Assembly (NCBI GenBank): GCA_963665845.2
Contig: OY762492.1
Coordinates: 288,001 to 352,000, forward strand
Source: Candidatus Poribacteria bacterium
GTDB lineage: Bacteria; Poribacteria; WGA-4E; GCA-2687025
Direction: 5' to 3'
Length of the DNA: 64,000 nt
Below the pieces are notes generated by a model that saw nothing but the letters and a program-made list of their open reading frames with translations, was not told the DNA's origin and ran no database searches. Made by a program: the position numbers and the translations under genes. Below, piece by piece: positions 9,121 to 19,072 of the stretch (positions are counted from its first letter, which is position 1; every line of letters starts with the position of its first letter).

Positions 9121-10683
9121 ATGAACCGTTCTTCAGACCGCCGCAGATTCGTTCTTGTCGGCCTCTTGCTCAGCTTCGGCATGTTGATCGCCGCATGCGT
9201 CGGCTGGGCGTTTGGCGGGTTTCGTTCGCTGGCGTTTCATCTGCCGTTTTGGATCGGCGCCGCCGGCGTTGGCGCGGTTTTTCTATGGGGAAGGGACCAG
9301 CTTGCCGACCTCTTTACAGGGAGGGCGGCCGCCCATGGAGCCGCCGCGGCATTCAGCGCCGTTGCCGCTGTCGGCATCGCCGCGATGTTGAACGCCATCG
9401 CCGCCTCCCGCTTCGACATCCACTGGGATTCCACCCAAGACAAAGTCTTCACGCTTTCGGAACAGACCCATGCGGTTCTCGACTCGTTGACCGAAAAGGC
9501 GGAGATTATCGGGTTCTATCCGTCCGACCCCGACGCGACGCGCTACCGCGACGGCTTATACGCCGAGCATCTGCTGACGCTATACCGCCGCGCGTCGAAC
9601 GGGAAGGTCGACTTTGAGATGGTGGATCCCTACCTCTCCCCGCGGCGCGCCCAGCAGTACGGCGTCATGCATGAGGGTATCGCCGCGTTTGAAATGGCAG
9701 GGCGAATAGAGCGCACCTCTAGTTTGACAGAGGCGGATTTCACCGCCGCGCTTTTGAAGTTGTCGCGCGGGGAAACGCCCGCCGTTTATTTTTTGACCAA
9801 TCATGGCGAACGTTCCATCGCGGATCCGAACGAAACGGGCTATACCAGCGTCGAAGTCGGGTTGATGAAACAGAACTACAGCGTTGAGCCGTTGGATCTG
9901 CGCCGCGCGCCGGTGCGCGTCCCCGCGGACGCCGCGGCAGTCGTCATCGCCGGCCCGAGGGAACCGTTTCTCGCCAGCGAGCTGAACGCGCTTGATCAGT
10001 ATGTGGACCGAGGCGGGCGCGTCATGGCGCTGCTGGATCCGATCCAGGAGGACAAGCTTGAAAACCTGCGGAGTTGGTTAAAAAAACGTTCCGGCGCCGA
10101 TATACAAAACGCCGCTGTCATCGATAGCGAATATAAATACAGCCCCGACCCGTTCTTTCTGTCGGCGCAGCTGGAGCCGCGCCATCAGATTACGGCGGGG
10201 CTGCATCGGTCGATCGGTTCGATTCCATTTCCTCTCGCCTCGCCTGTCCTCTTTGAGGCGAATGTCGACTATGCTCCGCTGGCAAGCAGCGGGAGCGACG
10301 CCCCGCAGTCCTGGATTGAGAACGATCTTGCGACCGCCCCGCCCGCCTATGAGCCGGAGAAGGGGGATGTCGGGGGGCCGGTTCTGATGGCGGCGGCTAT
10401 TGAAGGGAAGGGGGAGAACGGCGCCCGATTCGCGCTGTTCGGCGATTCCGATTTCGCGTCCAACCAGCTTTATGCATACGGAGGCGATCTGTTCCTTTAC
10501 ACGGTGAACTGGCTGACGCGCCAAGAGGAGCTGATTGCCATACCGCCGAGAGACCCGATGCAGCGGGTTCTCCGTCCGCCGGGTTCTCGAGGCGAGCGGA
10601 TCGCGTTTGTTGTGATGGCGGTCTTTTTGGCTCCCGCGCTTTTTTCGATGGCGGGGATTGTGGTCTGGCTCTGGCGCCGATAG
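9121..10683 (+). CDS. GldG-like ABC transporter auxiliary component
   Basis: D.T.DKVFTLSEQT, VDP, YFLTNHGE, IAGP, GDSDFASN, VNWL, C-terminal TM ending WLWRR. Confidence 0.85.
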   Translation: MNRSSDRRRFVLVGLLLSFGMLIAACVGWAFGGFRSLAFHLPFWIGAAGVGAVFLWGRDQLADLFTGRAAAHGAAAAFSAVAAVGIAAMLNAIAASRFDIHWDSTQDKVFTLSEQTHAVLDSLTEKAEIIGFYPSDPDATRYRDGLYAEHLLTLYRRASNGKVDFEMVDPYLSPRRAQQYGVMHEGIAAFEMAGRIERTSSLTEADFTAALLKLSRGETPAVYFLTNHGERSIADPNETGYTSVEVGLMKQNYSVEPLDLRRAPVRVPADAAAVVIAGPREPFLASELNALDQYVDRGGRVMALLDPIQEDKLENLRSWLKKRSGADIQNAAVIDSEYKYSPDPFFLSAQLEPRHQITAGLHRSIGSIPFPLASPVLFEANVDYAPLASSGSDAPQSWIENDLATAPPAYEPEKGDVGGPVLMAAAIEGKGENGARFALFGDSDFASNQLYAYGGDLFLYTVNWLTRQEELIAIPPRDPMQRVLRPPGSRGERIAFVVMAVFLAPALFSMAGIVVWLWRR

Positions 10684-10783
10684 TGGCGTTTCCAGCGTCT
10701 TTTGCGCGCATCCAGAGGCGGCGCAGAAACCGCCCGCGTCTATTTGCCGGTACGGCTTCTTAAGAACGGCGCTTGAAAAAATG

Positions 10784-10813
10784 TTGACGCTATGTCCCGC
10801 CGTATATTATGAT
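10784..10813 (+). promoter_or_regulatory. putative sigma70 promoter
   Basis: TTGACG-18 bp-TATGAT in an AT-rich intergenic stretch. Confidence 0.45.
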
Positions 10814-10905
10814 GTTTTTGTAGCATGGGTTTGCTTGCGTTGAAATCTGTTGCAGCGCGGCGATACGCATTTGCTAAAAATTTAAATGCGACAGGAGAAC
10901 ATACG

Positions 10906-11132
10906 ATGAACAAACGCATGATCAAGCGAACGATCCAGCATGGCGCTACTACCTAAAAGGAGAGACGCGCCTTGTAAACGCAAACCTGGACCCTCTTGAT
11001 CAAGATCCAAACATCAACAAGAAGCATTGGGACCCTCTGCCGAGCGCCGAACACAAAACGGAAACGCGGGAATTCCGACCTGACGGGGCGCCTGGTCAGT
11101 TCTGGGTGAAAGGCTGGAACGACACTCCCTGA
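10906..11132 (+). pseudogene. probable internally deleted or frameshifted gene remnant
   Basis: AGGAGA RBS + ATG 10906 gives 16 aa (MNKRMIKRTIQHGATT); an overlapping frame with no early start codon (10878-11132) reads as protein-like sequence ending ...GQFWVKGWNDTP*. Confidence 0.45.
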
Positions 11133-11155
11133 ACTGTAAGACGGCTGAATCGCCT

Positions 11156-11192
11156 GCGTTCGCGCCGAGACATGCGTGTTCGGCGCGAACGC
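11156..11192 (+). terminator. GC-rich hairpin, putative terminator or processing stem
   Basis: GCGTTCGCGCCGA..TCGGCGCGAACGC, 13-bp perfect inverted repeat; weak U-tract. Confidence 0.5.
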
Positions 11193-11219
11193 CCCGTTCT
11201 TACTTGAAAGGAACATGAC

Positions 11220-12341
11220 ATGAGATTCTTTGCCTTTTCAAAACGTTGGACAGCTCTTTCCGCTGCCGCGTTCTCGCTTCTGCTGTGCGCGTCCGCGCCG
11301 GCGGAAGATTATGTTCCGCTGGAAGATGTGACGAAACTGGAGCGGCCGACTCTCTGCATCAACCGAGATGGAAATCTTCGCCTCATCGACTGGGACGGCC
11401 AGAACGAACGACTCTGGATGACAGGCGACTTCGGCATGTCCACCAGATTTAGCCGAGACGGGAAATACGTTTCCTTCTTCGCCGGCGACTACAAACATTA
11501 CATTCTGGAGCTGGAAACAGGGCGTCTCATCGATATGGGGGAATGGCGGGACAACAACGGGTACGAACATCTCTACATCTCAGGCGGCGCCTGGTGGTTC
11601 CCAGACGGAAGGCGGCTCGCATGCCGCGGAAATGTCAAAGGAGCGCGGGTCTTTGGGGATGATATTTACGTGTTGGATCTCGATCGCAAGAGAATGATCA
11701 AGCTCACCAAAACGCCGGACAGGGACGAATACTGGGCGACCGTTTCTCCAGACGGCAAGACGATCGCCTTCAACAGTTATCCGCCCAGCGAAGAAGAGCG
11801 AGCGGCGCTGGGCATCGAACACTTCCCCACCCATCTTTATACGATGAGGAGTTCGGACGGGCGCAACGTCGTCAATCTAACGAACAGCGGCTCGTCCTAT
11901 GAGTATCCTGCGTGGTCGCCGGACGGCAAGAAAATTGCGTTCCAAGGCTCCGGCCGTGAGCTGCAAGAAGAAGGGATCGCCGACATACAAATCTATATCA
12001 TCAACCCGGACGGCTCCAACCTAGAGCGTCTCACTTTTGCTAAAATAGACGAGGCGTGGGCAATGCCTATGGACTGGTCGGCGGACAGCAAGTGGGTTCT
12101 TTATACAGTGGAAGACGAAGAAGCGCCGGGTTCGCCCAGGAGCCTTTACCGCATCCACATAGACACGCGGGAGATTGTTCGCATCAGAACGCCCAGCGCT
12201 GTCGCCAGTTGGGTTCATGCGGGCAAGAGCCGCTTCCTCTCCGTCGATCCTGCGGGCAAGAAGCATGACCAGTGGGGCGAAATGAAGGCGGCGGACGCTG
12301 AAGAAACGCGGACGGAAGAGAACGCCCCTGCCGAAGAATGA
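11220..12341 (+). CDS. secreted TolB-like (PD40) beta-propeller protein, copy 1
   Basis: Signal peptide; SPDGKTIAF, PAWSPDGKKIAF, WSADSKW; C-terminal SVDPAGKKHDQWGEMK. Confidence 0.85.
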   Translation: MRFFAFSKRWTALSAAAFSLLLCASAPAEDYVPLEDVTKLERPTLCINRDGNLRLIDWDGQNERLWMTGDFGMSTRFSRDGKYVSFFAGDYKHYILELETGRLIDMGEWRDNNGYEHLYISGGAWWFPDGRRLACRGNVKGARVFGDDIYVLDLDRKRMIKLTKTPDRDEYWATVSPDGKTIAFNSYPPSEEERAALGIEHFPTHLYTMRSSDGRNVVNLTNSGSSYEYPAWSPDGKKIAFQGSGRELQEEGIADIQIYIINPDGSNLERLTFAKIDEAWAMPMDWSADSKWVLYTVEDEEAPGSPRSLYRIHIDTREIVRIRTPSAVASWVHAGKSRFLSVDPAGKKHDQWGEMKAADAEETRTEENAPAEE

Positions 12342-13404
12342 CGTCCGCCCGCGCGCCTTCATCTTGAAAGGAGCATGACATGGCCTTCTCCGCTTTTACA
12401 AAACCCTTGGCGGCGTTCGCAGCCGTTGTCGTCTTGCTTCTGCTGTGCGCGTCCGCGCCGGCGGAAGATTATGTTCCGCTGGAAGATGTGACGAAACTGG
12501 AGCGGCCGACTCTCTGCATCAACCGAGATGGAAATCTTCGCCTCATCGACTGGGACGGCCAGAACGAACGACTCTGGATGACAGGCGACTTCGGCATGTC
12601 CACCAGATTTAGCCGAGACGGGAAATACGTTTCCTTCTTCGCCGGCGACTACAAACATTACATTCTGGAGCTGGAAACAGGGCGTCTCATCGATATGGGG
12701 GAATGGCGGGACAACAACGGGTACGAACATCTCTACATCTCAGGCGGCGCCTGGTGGTTCCCAGACGGAAGGCGGCTCGCATGCCGCGGAAATGTCAAAG
12801 GAGCGCGGGTCTTTGGGGATGATATTTACGTGTTGGATCTCGATCGCAAGAGAATGATCAAGCTCACCAAAACGCCGGACAGGGACGAATACTGGGCGAC
12901 CGTTTCTCCAGACGGCAAGACGATCGCCTTCAACAGTTATCCGCCCAGCGAAGAAGAGCGAGCGGCGCTGGGCATCGAACACTTCCCCACCCATCTCTAT
13001 ATGATGAGGAGTTCGGACGGGCGCAACGTCGTCAATCTAACGAACAGCGGCTCGTCCTATGAGTACCCTGCGTGGTCGCCGGACGGCAAGAAGATCGCGT
13101 TCCAAGGCTCCGGCCGTGAGCTGCAAGAAGAAGGGATCGCCGACATACAAATCTATATCATCAACCCGGACGGCTCCAACCTAGAGCGTCTCACTTTTGC
13201 TAAAATAGACGAGGCGTGGGCAATGCCTATGGACTGGTCGGCGGACAGCAAGTGGGTTCTTTATACAGTGGAAGACGAAGAAGCGCCGGGTTCGCCCAGG
13301 AGCCTTTACCGCATCCACATAGACACGCGGGAGATTGTTCGCATCAGAACGCCCAGCGCTGTCGCCAGTTGGGTTCATGCGGGCAAGAGCCGCTTCCTCT
13401 CCGT
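11276..13404 (+). repeat. 969-bp direct repeat (11276-12244 and 12436-13404)
   Basis: Line-by-line comparison: 5 mismatches, at 11837, 11842, 11906, 11933, 11936; offset 1160. Confidence 0.95.
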
Positions 13405-13486
13405 TGACCCTGCTGATAAAAAAAAAAGCGCAGTGGGGAGCGTTAAAAGCGGAGGAGCCGACCGCCCCTCAAGAGACAACCCCTGA
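12380..13486 (+). CDS. secreted TolB-like (PD40) beta-propeller protein, copy 2 (C-terminus shifted at an A10 tract; an A9 allele would end at 13496)
   Basis: Core nearly identical to copy 1; different signal peptide and tail. Confidence 0.85.
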   Translation: MAFSAFTKPLAAFAAVVVLLLLCASAPAEDYVPLEDVTKLERPTLCINRDGNLRLIDWDGQNERLWMTGDFGMSTRFSRDGKYVSFFAGDYKHYILELETGRLIDMGEWRDNNGYEHLYISGGAWWFPDGRRLACRGNVKGARVFGDDIYVLDLDRKRMIKLTKTPDRDEYWATVSPDGKTIAFNSYPPSEEERAALGIEHFPTHLYMMRSSDGRNVVNLTNSGSSYEYPAWSPDGKKIAFQGSGRELQEEGIADIQIYIINPDGSNLERLTFAKIDEAWAMPMDWSADSKWVLYTVEDEEAPGSPRSLYRIHIDTREIVRIRTPSAVASWVHAGKSRFLSVDPADKKKSAVGSVKSGGADRPSRDNP

Positions 13487-13511
13487 CGCTGAATGACGGG
13501 CGCGGAACGAT

Positions 13512-15554
13512 TTACCGTCCGGGCGCGATCTCGTACCGGTGAAACTCCATCGTGTGCGAGCCGCGCCCCTGCGTCAGCGAGCGCAGCGTTGTCGCATACC
13601 GTTTCATTTCGGCAAGCGGCGCGTCGGCGCGGACGATCTCCAGTCCGCCCTGCGTTTCCACGCCGAGTATCTGAACGCGCCGGCTCGACAGGTCGCCGAG
13701 CGTCCGCCCTAGATACTCGGACGGAACGACCGCCTGCAGCCGCATGACAGGTTCTAAGAGCGCGGGCGAGGCTTTTCGCAGCGCGTTTTCAACAGCAATC
13801 GCCGCCGCGGCCGACATGGAGATTGTCTCCTGCGCCGCCGCCTCGTCAATGCGCGCCTCCACATCCTGGAGCGGGCATCCCTCCAGAACGCCTGTTGATA
13901 GGGCGTTGGCGGCGCCCTCCAGCGCGGCGGAGCGCAGCGCGGCAGAGACGGCGCCTTCAGGCGCGCCGAACGCGACCTGGTTTCCGGTTCCGCGCGGCAG
14001 CGGTTTCACGCGCGCATGCGCCTCCCCGAACAGCGTCCCATCCTCCGTCTTTTGCGTGAAGCGCCCGGACGCCTCCGCTTCCGCCCGTATCGTCTCCCGA
14101 TAGGAAACCTGCGGATCGGACGCGCGCGCCTCCACTTTAAACTCGCGCAGCAGCCGATCGACGATGATTTCAAGATGCAGTTCGCCCATGCCGGAGAGAA
14201 TCTGCTGCCCCGTTTCAGGGTCTTCGCGCGCCTCCAGCGTCGGGTCTTCCTGCAGCAGAATCTGGAGCGCGCGCACCATCTCTTCTTTGTCGCGGTCGGC
14301 GCGCGCCTCCAGCGCAATCGACATGACAGGTTCCGGCGCCTGTATCGCTTCCAGCAGGATCGGATGTTTCGGGTCGCACAGGGTGTCGCCGGTCGCCGTT
14401 TGGCGCGGTCCGATCAGCATGACGATGTCGCCCGCCTGCGCTGTAGCGGTCGACTCGCGCTGGTTGGCGTGGATGCGGACGATGCGCGTAATGCGTTCGC
14501 GCCGCTTGACGCGCGGGTTCAGCAGCTGGTCGCCCGTTCGGATTTGCCCTGAATAGACGCGGGCGAACGCCACTTTTTCAACATTCGGATCCGCCGCGAT
14601 TTTAAACGCCAGCGCCGCGGTCGGCTCCTCGTCTGCCGGCTTGCGCGTGAGCGGGTCGCCGGTCGTCGGATGAACGCCCTCAACAGGCGGTACATCCAGC
14701 GGGGAGGGGAGAAACTCGACGACCGCGTCCAAGAGCGGCTGCGCGCCGCGATTCCGCAAAACGGCTCCGCATAAAACAGGAAAAACGCCGCCCTTGATCG
14801 TCGCGGCGCGCAGCCCTTTTCGCATCTCGTTTGGGGTCAGGTTTTCCGTTTCTAGAAACGCCTCAATGAGCGCGTCGTCTTCCGATTCAACGGCGGCGGT
14901 TTCGGCAAGCTCCATACGCGCCGCTTCCGCCTCCTCGCGCATTTCGGAGGGTATCGGCGCCGCTTCGGCTCCCGCGTCATGCGCCCCAGCCTCTTCCGCC
15001 CAGAAGTAGGCGCGGTTCTCGATCAGATCGATATACCCTTTAAAAGCGTCTTCAGATCCGATCGGGAGATGAATCGGCGTCGGCTTTGCGTTGAGCCGTT
15101 CGCGCATGGAATCGAGCGCGCGGTAGAAATCCGCGCCAACCCTGTCCATCTTATTGATAAACACGATGCGCGGCACATTATACCGGTCTGCCTGCCTCCA
15201 TACCGTTTCCGTTTGCGGCTCAACGCCGCCGACGGCGCACATGACGACAACGCCGCCGTCCAGTATGCGCATGGAGCGTTCCACCTCGATGGTGAAGTCC
15301 ACATGCCCCGGCGTGTCGATCAGGTTGAGCGTGCGTCCTTTCCATTGGCACGAGGCGGCGGCGGAGGTGATCGTGATGCCGCGTTCGCGCTCCTGCTCCA
15401 TCCAGTCCATGTCGGCGGTTCCGTCGTCAACGGTTCCTAGTTTATGTTTCTTGCCGGTGTAGAACAGGATGCGCTCTGCGGTCGTCGTTTTCCCGGCGTC
15501 GATATGCGCCATGATGCCGAAGTTGCGCGTTTGGCGCAGCTGCTGGATGTTCAT
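13512..15554 (-). CDS. fusA: elongation factor G paralog (outside the str operon, divergent domain IV)
   Basis: [48 protein letters not shown]. Confidence 0.9.
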   Translation of the reverse strand: MNIQQLRQTRNFGIMAHIDAGKTTTAERILFYTGKKHKLGTVDDGTADMDWMEQERERGITITSAAASCQWKGRTLNLIDTPGHVDFTIEVERSMRILDGGVVVMCAVGGVEPQTETVWRQADRYNVPRIVFINKMDRVGADFYRALDSMRERLNAKPTPIHLPIGSEDAFKGYIDLIENRAYFWAEEAGAHDAGAEAAPIPSEMREEAEAARMELAETAAVESEDDALIEAFLETENLTPNEMRKGLRAATIKGGVFPVLCGAVLRNRGAQPLLDAVVEFLPSPLDVPPVEGVHPTTGDPLTRKPADEEPTAALAFKIAADPNVEKVAFARVYSGQIRTGDQLLNPRVKRRERITRIVRIHANQRESTATAQAGDIVMLIGPRQTATGDTLCDPKHPILLEAIQAPEPVMSIALEARADRDKEEMVRALQILLQEDPTLEAREDPETGQQILSGMGELHLEIIVDRLLREFKVEARASDPQVSYRETIRAEAEASGRFTQKTEDGTLFGEAHARVKPLPRGTGNQVAFGAPEGAVSAALRSAALEGAANALSTGVLEGCPLQDVEARIDEAAAQETISMSAAAAIAVENALRKASPALLEPVMRLQAVVPSEYLGRTLGDLSSRRVQILGVETQGGLEIVRADAPLAEMKRYATTLRSLTQGRGSHTMEFHRYEIAPGR

Positions 15555-16180
15555 GATCTTTTCCCCTCCGCCTCTGCGTTATGACGCTCCCCGCCGCGCA
15601 TGTAAAGTCGGTTTTTATGAATGTACTTCTCAACGGCGGCGGGCGTTCGATATCGAATCGACCGCCCCTCCCGGACGCGCCGGCGGATGTCGGTCGCGGA
15701 CAGATCAACCGCTGTCATTTCAAACAGCTCCGTCTTTTCTAAAACCCATTTCGGGGCGCGCGACAGGTCGTAATTCGGCCGCGTGACGGCGATGAACCTG
15801 CATAGGTCCAGCAGCGCGTCATGGTCGCGCCAGATTTCAAACTCGATGAGCGAATCGGCGCCGATGATCCATGAGAGAGTCGCGTCGTTTCCGTAGGCGT
15901 TCAAAAACTCGCGCGCCGTGTCGATGGCGTAGGATTTGCCTTGCCGGTCGATTTCGGAGCGGGAGATGCGAAAAGCGGGATGCCCCTGAATCGCAAGCCG
16001 CGTCATCTCATATCGATGTTCTGGGGAGGCGCGGTTCGGGTCGTCCAGCTTATGAGGCGGTCTGGCAGCCGGCAGAAACCAGAATTCGTCAAACTGGTAC
16101 GCCTCCAGCGCTTCTTCGGCGCAGATGAGATGCCCGTAATGGATCGGGTCAAAAGTGCCTCCGTAGATCGCTAGGCGCAT
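15551..16180 (-). CDS. nadD: nicotinate-nucleotide adenylyltransferase
   Basis: [27 protein letters not shown]. Confidence 0.93.
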   Translation of the reverse strand: MRLAIYGGTFDPIHYGHLICAEEALEAYQFDEFWFLPAARPPHKLDDPNRASPEHRYEMTRLAIQGHPAFRISRSEIDRQGKSYAIDTAREFLNAYGNDATLSWIIGADSLIEFEIWRDHDALLDLCRFIAVTRPNYDLSRAPKWVLEKTELFEMTAVDLSATDIRRRVREGRSIRYRTPAAVEKYIHKNRLYMRGGERHNAEAEGKRS

Positions 16181-16195
16181 GCGCGTCCCGCCGTC

Positions 16196-17083
16196 TCAAT
16201 CGTCTTTGCCGCGCTCATGGATGTCGCGCATTTTTCGCGCCAGGGCGATCATCTCATTTGTGAACGGCGGCTTCGGCACGGCGATGACGATATTGACCAG
16301 TAAATCGCCGACCTTCCGCCCTTTTTTCACGCCCCGTCCGACAAGCCGCAGCTTCTGCCCCGCCTGCGCCCCCTTCGGTATGTTGATATTGACCGGCCCG
16401 TCCAGCGTTTCGATGCGCGCCTTGCCGCCGAGGATGGCGGTTGTGAACGGCGTCTCCAGGTCGGCGATGATATTCAGCCCCTCCCGCCGATACTGCGGAT
16501 GCTCCTTGACATGGACAGCGACGCGCAGACTGCCCGGCGGTCCGCCGTTCGTTCCAGGGTAACCTGCGCCTTCGACCCGCAGCGTTTTTCCGCTTTCGAT
16601 GCCGGCGGGGATATTGAGCCGAATGCGCTTCGTCTCTTTTCCGCGCTTCACGACAAGCGTTTTTTCAACGCCTTTCAGCGACTCAAACAGGTCGATGGAG
16701 AGATCATGTTGAACGTCCGCGCCTCGGGCGGGCGTTTTCGGCTCCTGCTGGGCGGACGACGCGCGGTCTCGGCGCAGGTTGCCGACCAGATCGCCGAAGA
16801 CGTCTCCAAACCGCGTGAAGATGTCGCTCGTTCTGTCGAAGCCCTGGAAATCGTACTGCTGAAAATTGCCGACGCGAAGCTGGCGGTCGTATTTTGCGCG
16901 TTCTTTCGGGTCGCTTAGAACGGCGTACGCCTCGGACAGCTCCTTGAAGACCGCTTCAGCCCGTTTGCCCTTGTTTTTATCGGGATGATTTTCAAACGCC
17001 AGTCTTCGAAAGGCTTTTTTGATTTCGTCCTGTCCGGCGGTTCGTTTGACGCCCAAGACTTCGTAATAGTCGCGTTTTGGCAT
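16196..17083 (-). CDS. DnaJ-class co-chaperone without zinc finger (CbpA-like)
   Basis: [19 protein letters not shown], DnaJ C-terminal domain. Confidence 0.9.
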   Translation of the reverse strand: MPKRDYYEVLGVKRTAGQDEIKKAFRRLAFENHPDKNKGKRAEAVFKELSEAYAVLSDPKERAKYDRQLRVGNFQQYDFQGFDRTSDIFTRFGDVFGDLVGNLRRDRASSAQQEPKTPARGADVQHDLSIDLFESLKGVEKTLVVKRGKETKRIRLNIPAGIESGKTLRVEGAGYPGTNGGPPGSLRVAVHVKEHPQYRREGLNIIADLETPFTTAILGGKARIETLDGPVNINIPKGAQAGQKLRLVGRGVKKGRKVGDLLVNIVIAVPKPPFTNEMIALARKMRDIHERGKDD

Positions 17084-17092
17084 GGAACCGCC

Positions 17093-17335
17093 TTAGCTGT
17101 CGACGATGTCGCCTACGATTGGCTCAACCTCTACGCCGAGGTCTCGCATATACTCTTCTGCGCGGGTCAGCGCGTCCTCGTCGCCGCTGATCTCTAGGAC
17201 GACCCAGCCGGCGCTGTTTTCGACGTTGGCGCGGCGGATGTTGGTTACGACTTGGAAGTTCACGCCGACATTGTAGATGACCGGCTCTTTGACCAGCTTT
17301 GTTGGGAACGTCAATCGTACCCTGCGGGAAGGCAT
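17093..17335 (-). CDS. stand-alone NIL domain protein
   Basis: LTFP..V.EPVIY, TNIRRANV...GWVVLE; RBS AAGGAG. Confidence 0.8.
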   Translation of the reverse strand: MPSRRVRLTFPTKLVKEPVIYNVGVNFQVVTNIRRANVENSAGWVVLEISGDEDALTRAEEYMRDLGVEVEPIVGDIVDS

Positions 17336-17423
17336 GCTGTTCTCCTTGCGTTGAATGCGCGTCAAGTTACATTATGAAGCATGCCGCGCCAAACTGCAAG
17401 CGCGGCTGCAGATTCTTGGTGAT

Positions 17424-17452
17424 TTGCGCGCCGCGCTGTGATGCGGTAAGAT
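17424..17452 (+). promoter_or_regulatory. putative sigma70 promoter
   Basis: TTGCGC-17 bp-TAAGAT upstream of 17495. Confidence 0.35.
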
Positions 17453-17494
17453 ATGCCCATAGAGAATGTTCCATCATAACAAAGGCGGAACGAC

Positions 17495-17923
17495 ATGCGT
17501 AAACCAAAAGACCGAGAAACCGAACGGCTGGATGTCCGTCAGGAGCTGGAAGCGTTGAAAGAACGGCTCTATGAAGACAGCGCCGAGCAGACGCAAACGA
17601 CGCTGACCGCGGCGCGGAAGCGCATGGACGCGATACGCGCGCAGCTTCAAGAAAAAAACAGCCAAGCCGCTGACCTTGAACGCCCCGTCCGCGTTCCCGT
17701 CCCCGACAAGCGGTTGGATCCCGATTTCATGAGCGGCGAACCGGCGGAGAGCGAAGAAGCGGACGCCGCCTCCAACAGCATTCTGTCGCCGATGGAGGAC
17801 CGCGCCATTCTTTTGCGGCGGAAAGCGGAACTGAAACGGCGCGCCAGGAAAAGTCGGCAGCCGCAGGAACCGGACCCGTCCGTGCGATGGGTGTCGATGG
17901 ACGAGCCTGAAGAGAACTCGTAG
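17495..17923 (+). CDS. hypothetical charged coiled-coil protein
   Basis: 142-aa ORF with RBS-like sequence, directly upstream of 17942. Confidence 0.6.
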   Translation: MRKPKDRETERLDVRQELEALKERLYEDSAEQTQTTLTAARKRMDAIRAQLQEKNSQAADLERPVRVPVPDKRLDPDFMSGEPAESEEADAASNSILSPMEDRAILLRRKAELKRRARKSRQPQEPDPSVRWVSMDEPEENS

Positions 17924-17941
17924 ACGAGACAGGGAAACGCG

Positions 17942-19072
17942 ATGTACGATTGGCGCCCCGTTGAGAATCTGGACGATGTGTTCACTCCCGCGCTGCTTTT
18001 TGACGTTGAGCGGATTCAGTTCAACATACGGCGCGCCGTGGAGATGGTCGGCGGAGAGACGCATCGGCTGCGCCCGCATGTGAAAACGCACAAATGCCCC
18101 GAAATCGTCCGGCGGGCGTTGAGCGCCGGCATTTCCAAGCACAAATGCGCGACGCTTCGGGAGGCGCAGACGCTTGCCGACTGCGGCGCCGAAGATGTCC
18201 TGATTGCTTATCAGATGGTCGGACCGAACGCGGGAGCGTTGGCGCGCCTCATCGCGGAGCGTCCAGAAACGCGCTTTAGCAGCGTTGTGGACGACCTCTC
18301 CGCCGCGCGCGGGCTGAATACAGCGGCGGAGCGGCAGGGCGTCCGCGCCGATGTGTGGATCGATCTGGACGTCGGAATGGGGCGCACCGGCATCGCGCCG
18401 GACGAGCGCGCCGTTCAGCTGTGCCGGCGGCTGCGCAGTCTTGAAAACCTGCGGCTGCGCGGGCTGCATGCGTACGACGGACACAACCGCGCCTCGGATG
18501 TAGACGAACGGCGCCGAACGACTGAAGAGATACTGGCAGTTGTGCGGCGGCTGCGCGGACGTCTGGAACGGGTCGGCTTTCCGGACTTGTCGATTGCGGC
18601 GGGAGGAACGCCGCCGTTTCCGTTTTACGCCGCTCAATCGGATGTTGAAGCGTCGCCCGGCACCTTTGCGCTGCATGACCATGGTTACAGCTCTCGGCTC
18701 CCGGATTTAGGATTTGCGCCGGCGGCTGCGTTGGCGACGCGGATCATCTCGCGCCCGCGCCCGAACGTTGTCTGCGTCGATCTGGGGCATAAGGCGATTG
18801 CGGCGGACCCGTCTGGGGAGCGCGGCGTTGTCCTGAACATGCCGGACGCCGAGGTTGGACCGCAAAGCGAGGAGCATTGGACAATACGAACCCCGCCGCA
18901 CAACGCGCTTCCGCGGCAGGCGGACAGCGGAAACGACCTGAAAGTGGGCGACGCGCTCTATATCTGTCCGACGCATATCTGCCCGACGGTCGCGCTCCAT
19001 AAGCGGGCGCTGACGGTTGAAAACGGCGTCATAACAGGCGCATGGGATATTGAAAGGGAGAGGCTGGGATGA
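17942..19072 (+). CDS. D-threonine aldolase / D-serine dehydratase family PLP enzyme
   Basis: TPALL, LRPHVKTHK, DVGMGRTG, YDGH, GGTP, SEEH, HICPTVALH. Confidence 0.88.
   Translation: MYDWRPVENLDDVFTPALLFDVERIQFNIRRAVEMVGGETHRLRPHVKTHKCPEIVRRALSAGISKHKCATLREAQTLADCGAEDVLIAYQMVGPNAGALARLIAERPETRFSSVVDDLSAARGLNTAAERQGVRADVWIDLDVGMGRTGIAPDERAVQLCRRLRSLENLRLRGLHAYDGHNRASDVDERRRTTEEILAVVRRLRGRLERVGFPDLSIAAGGTPPFPFYAAQSDVEASPGTFALHDHGYSSRLPDLGFAPAAALATRIISRPRPNVVCVDLGHKAIAADPSGERGVVLNMPDAEVGPQSEEHWTIRTPPHNALPRQADSGNDLKVGDALYICPTHICPTVALHKRALTVENGVITGAWDIERERLG

Noticed and set aside
10950-11200. Possible structured ncRNA (6S, tmRNA or riboswitch) in the long intergenic region
   Set aside because: No recognisable consensus; better explained as a coding remnant plus hairpin. 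An Rfam scan would settle it
11276-13404. Template/variable repeat pair of a diversity-generating retroelement
   Set aside because: Only 5 mismatches, all transitions and mostly synonymous, not adenine-specific on the coding strand; no reverse transcriptase in the window
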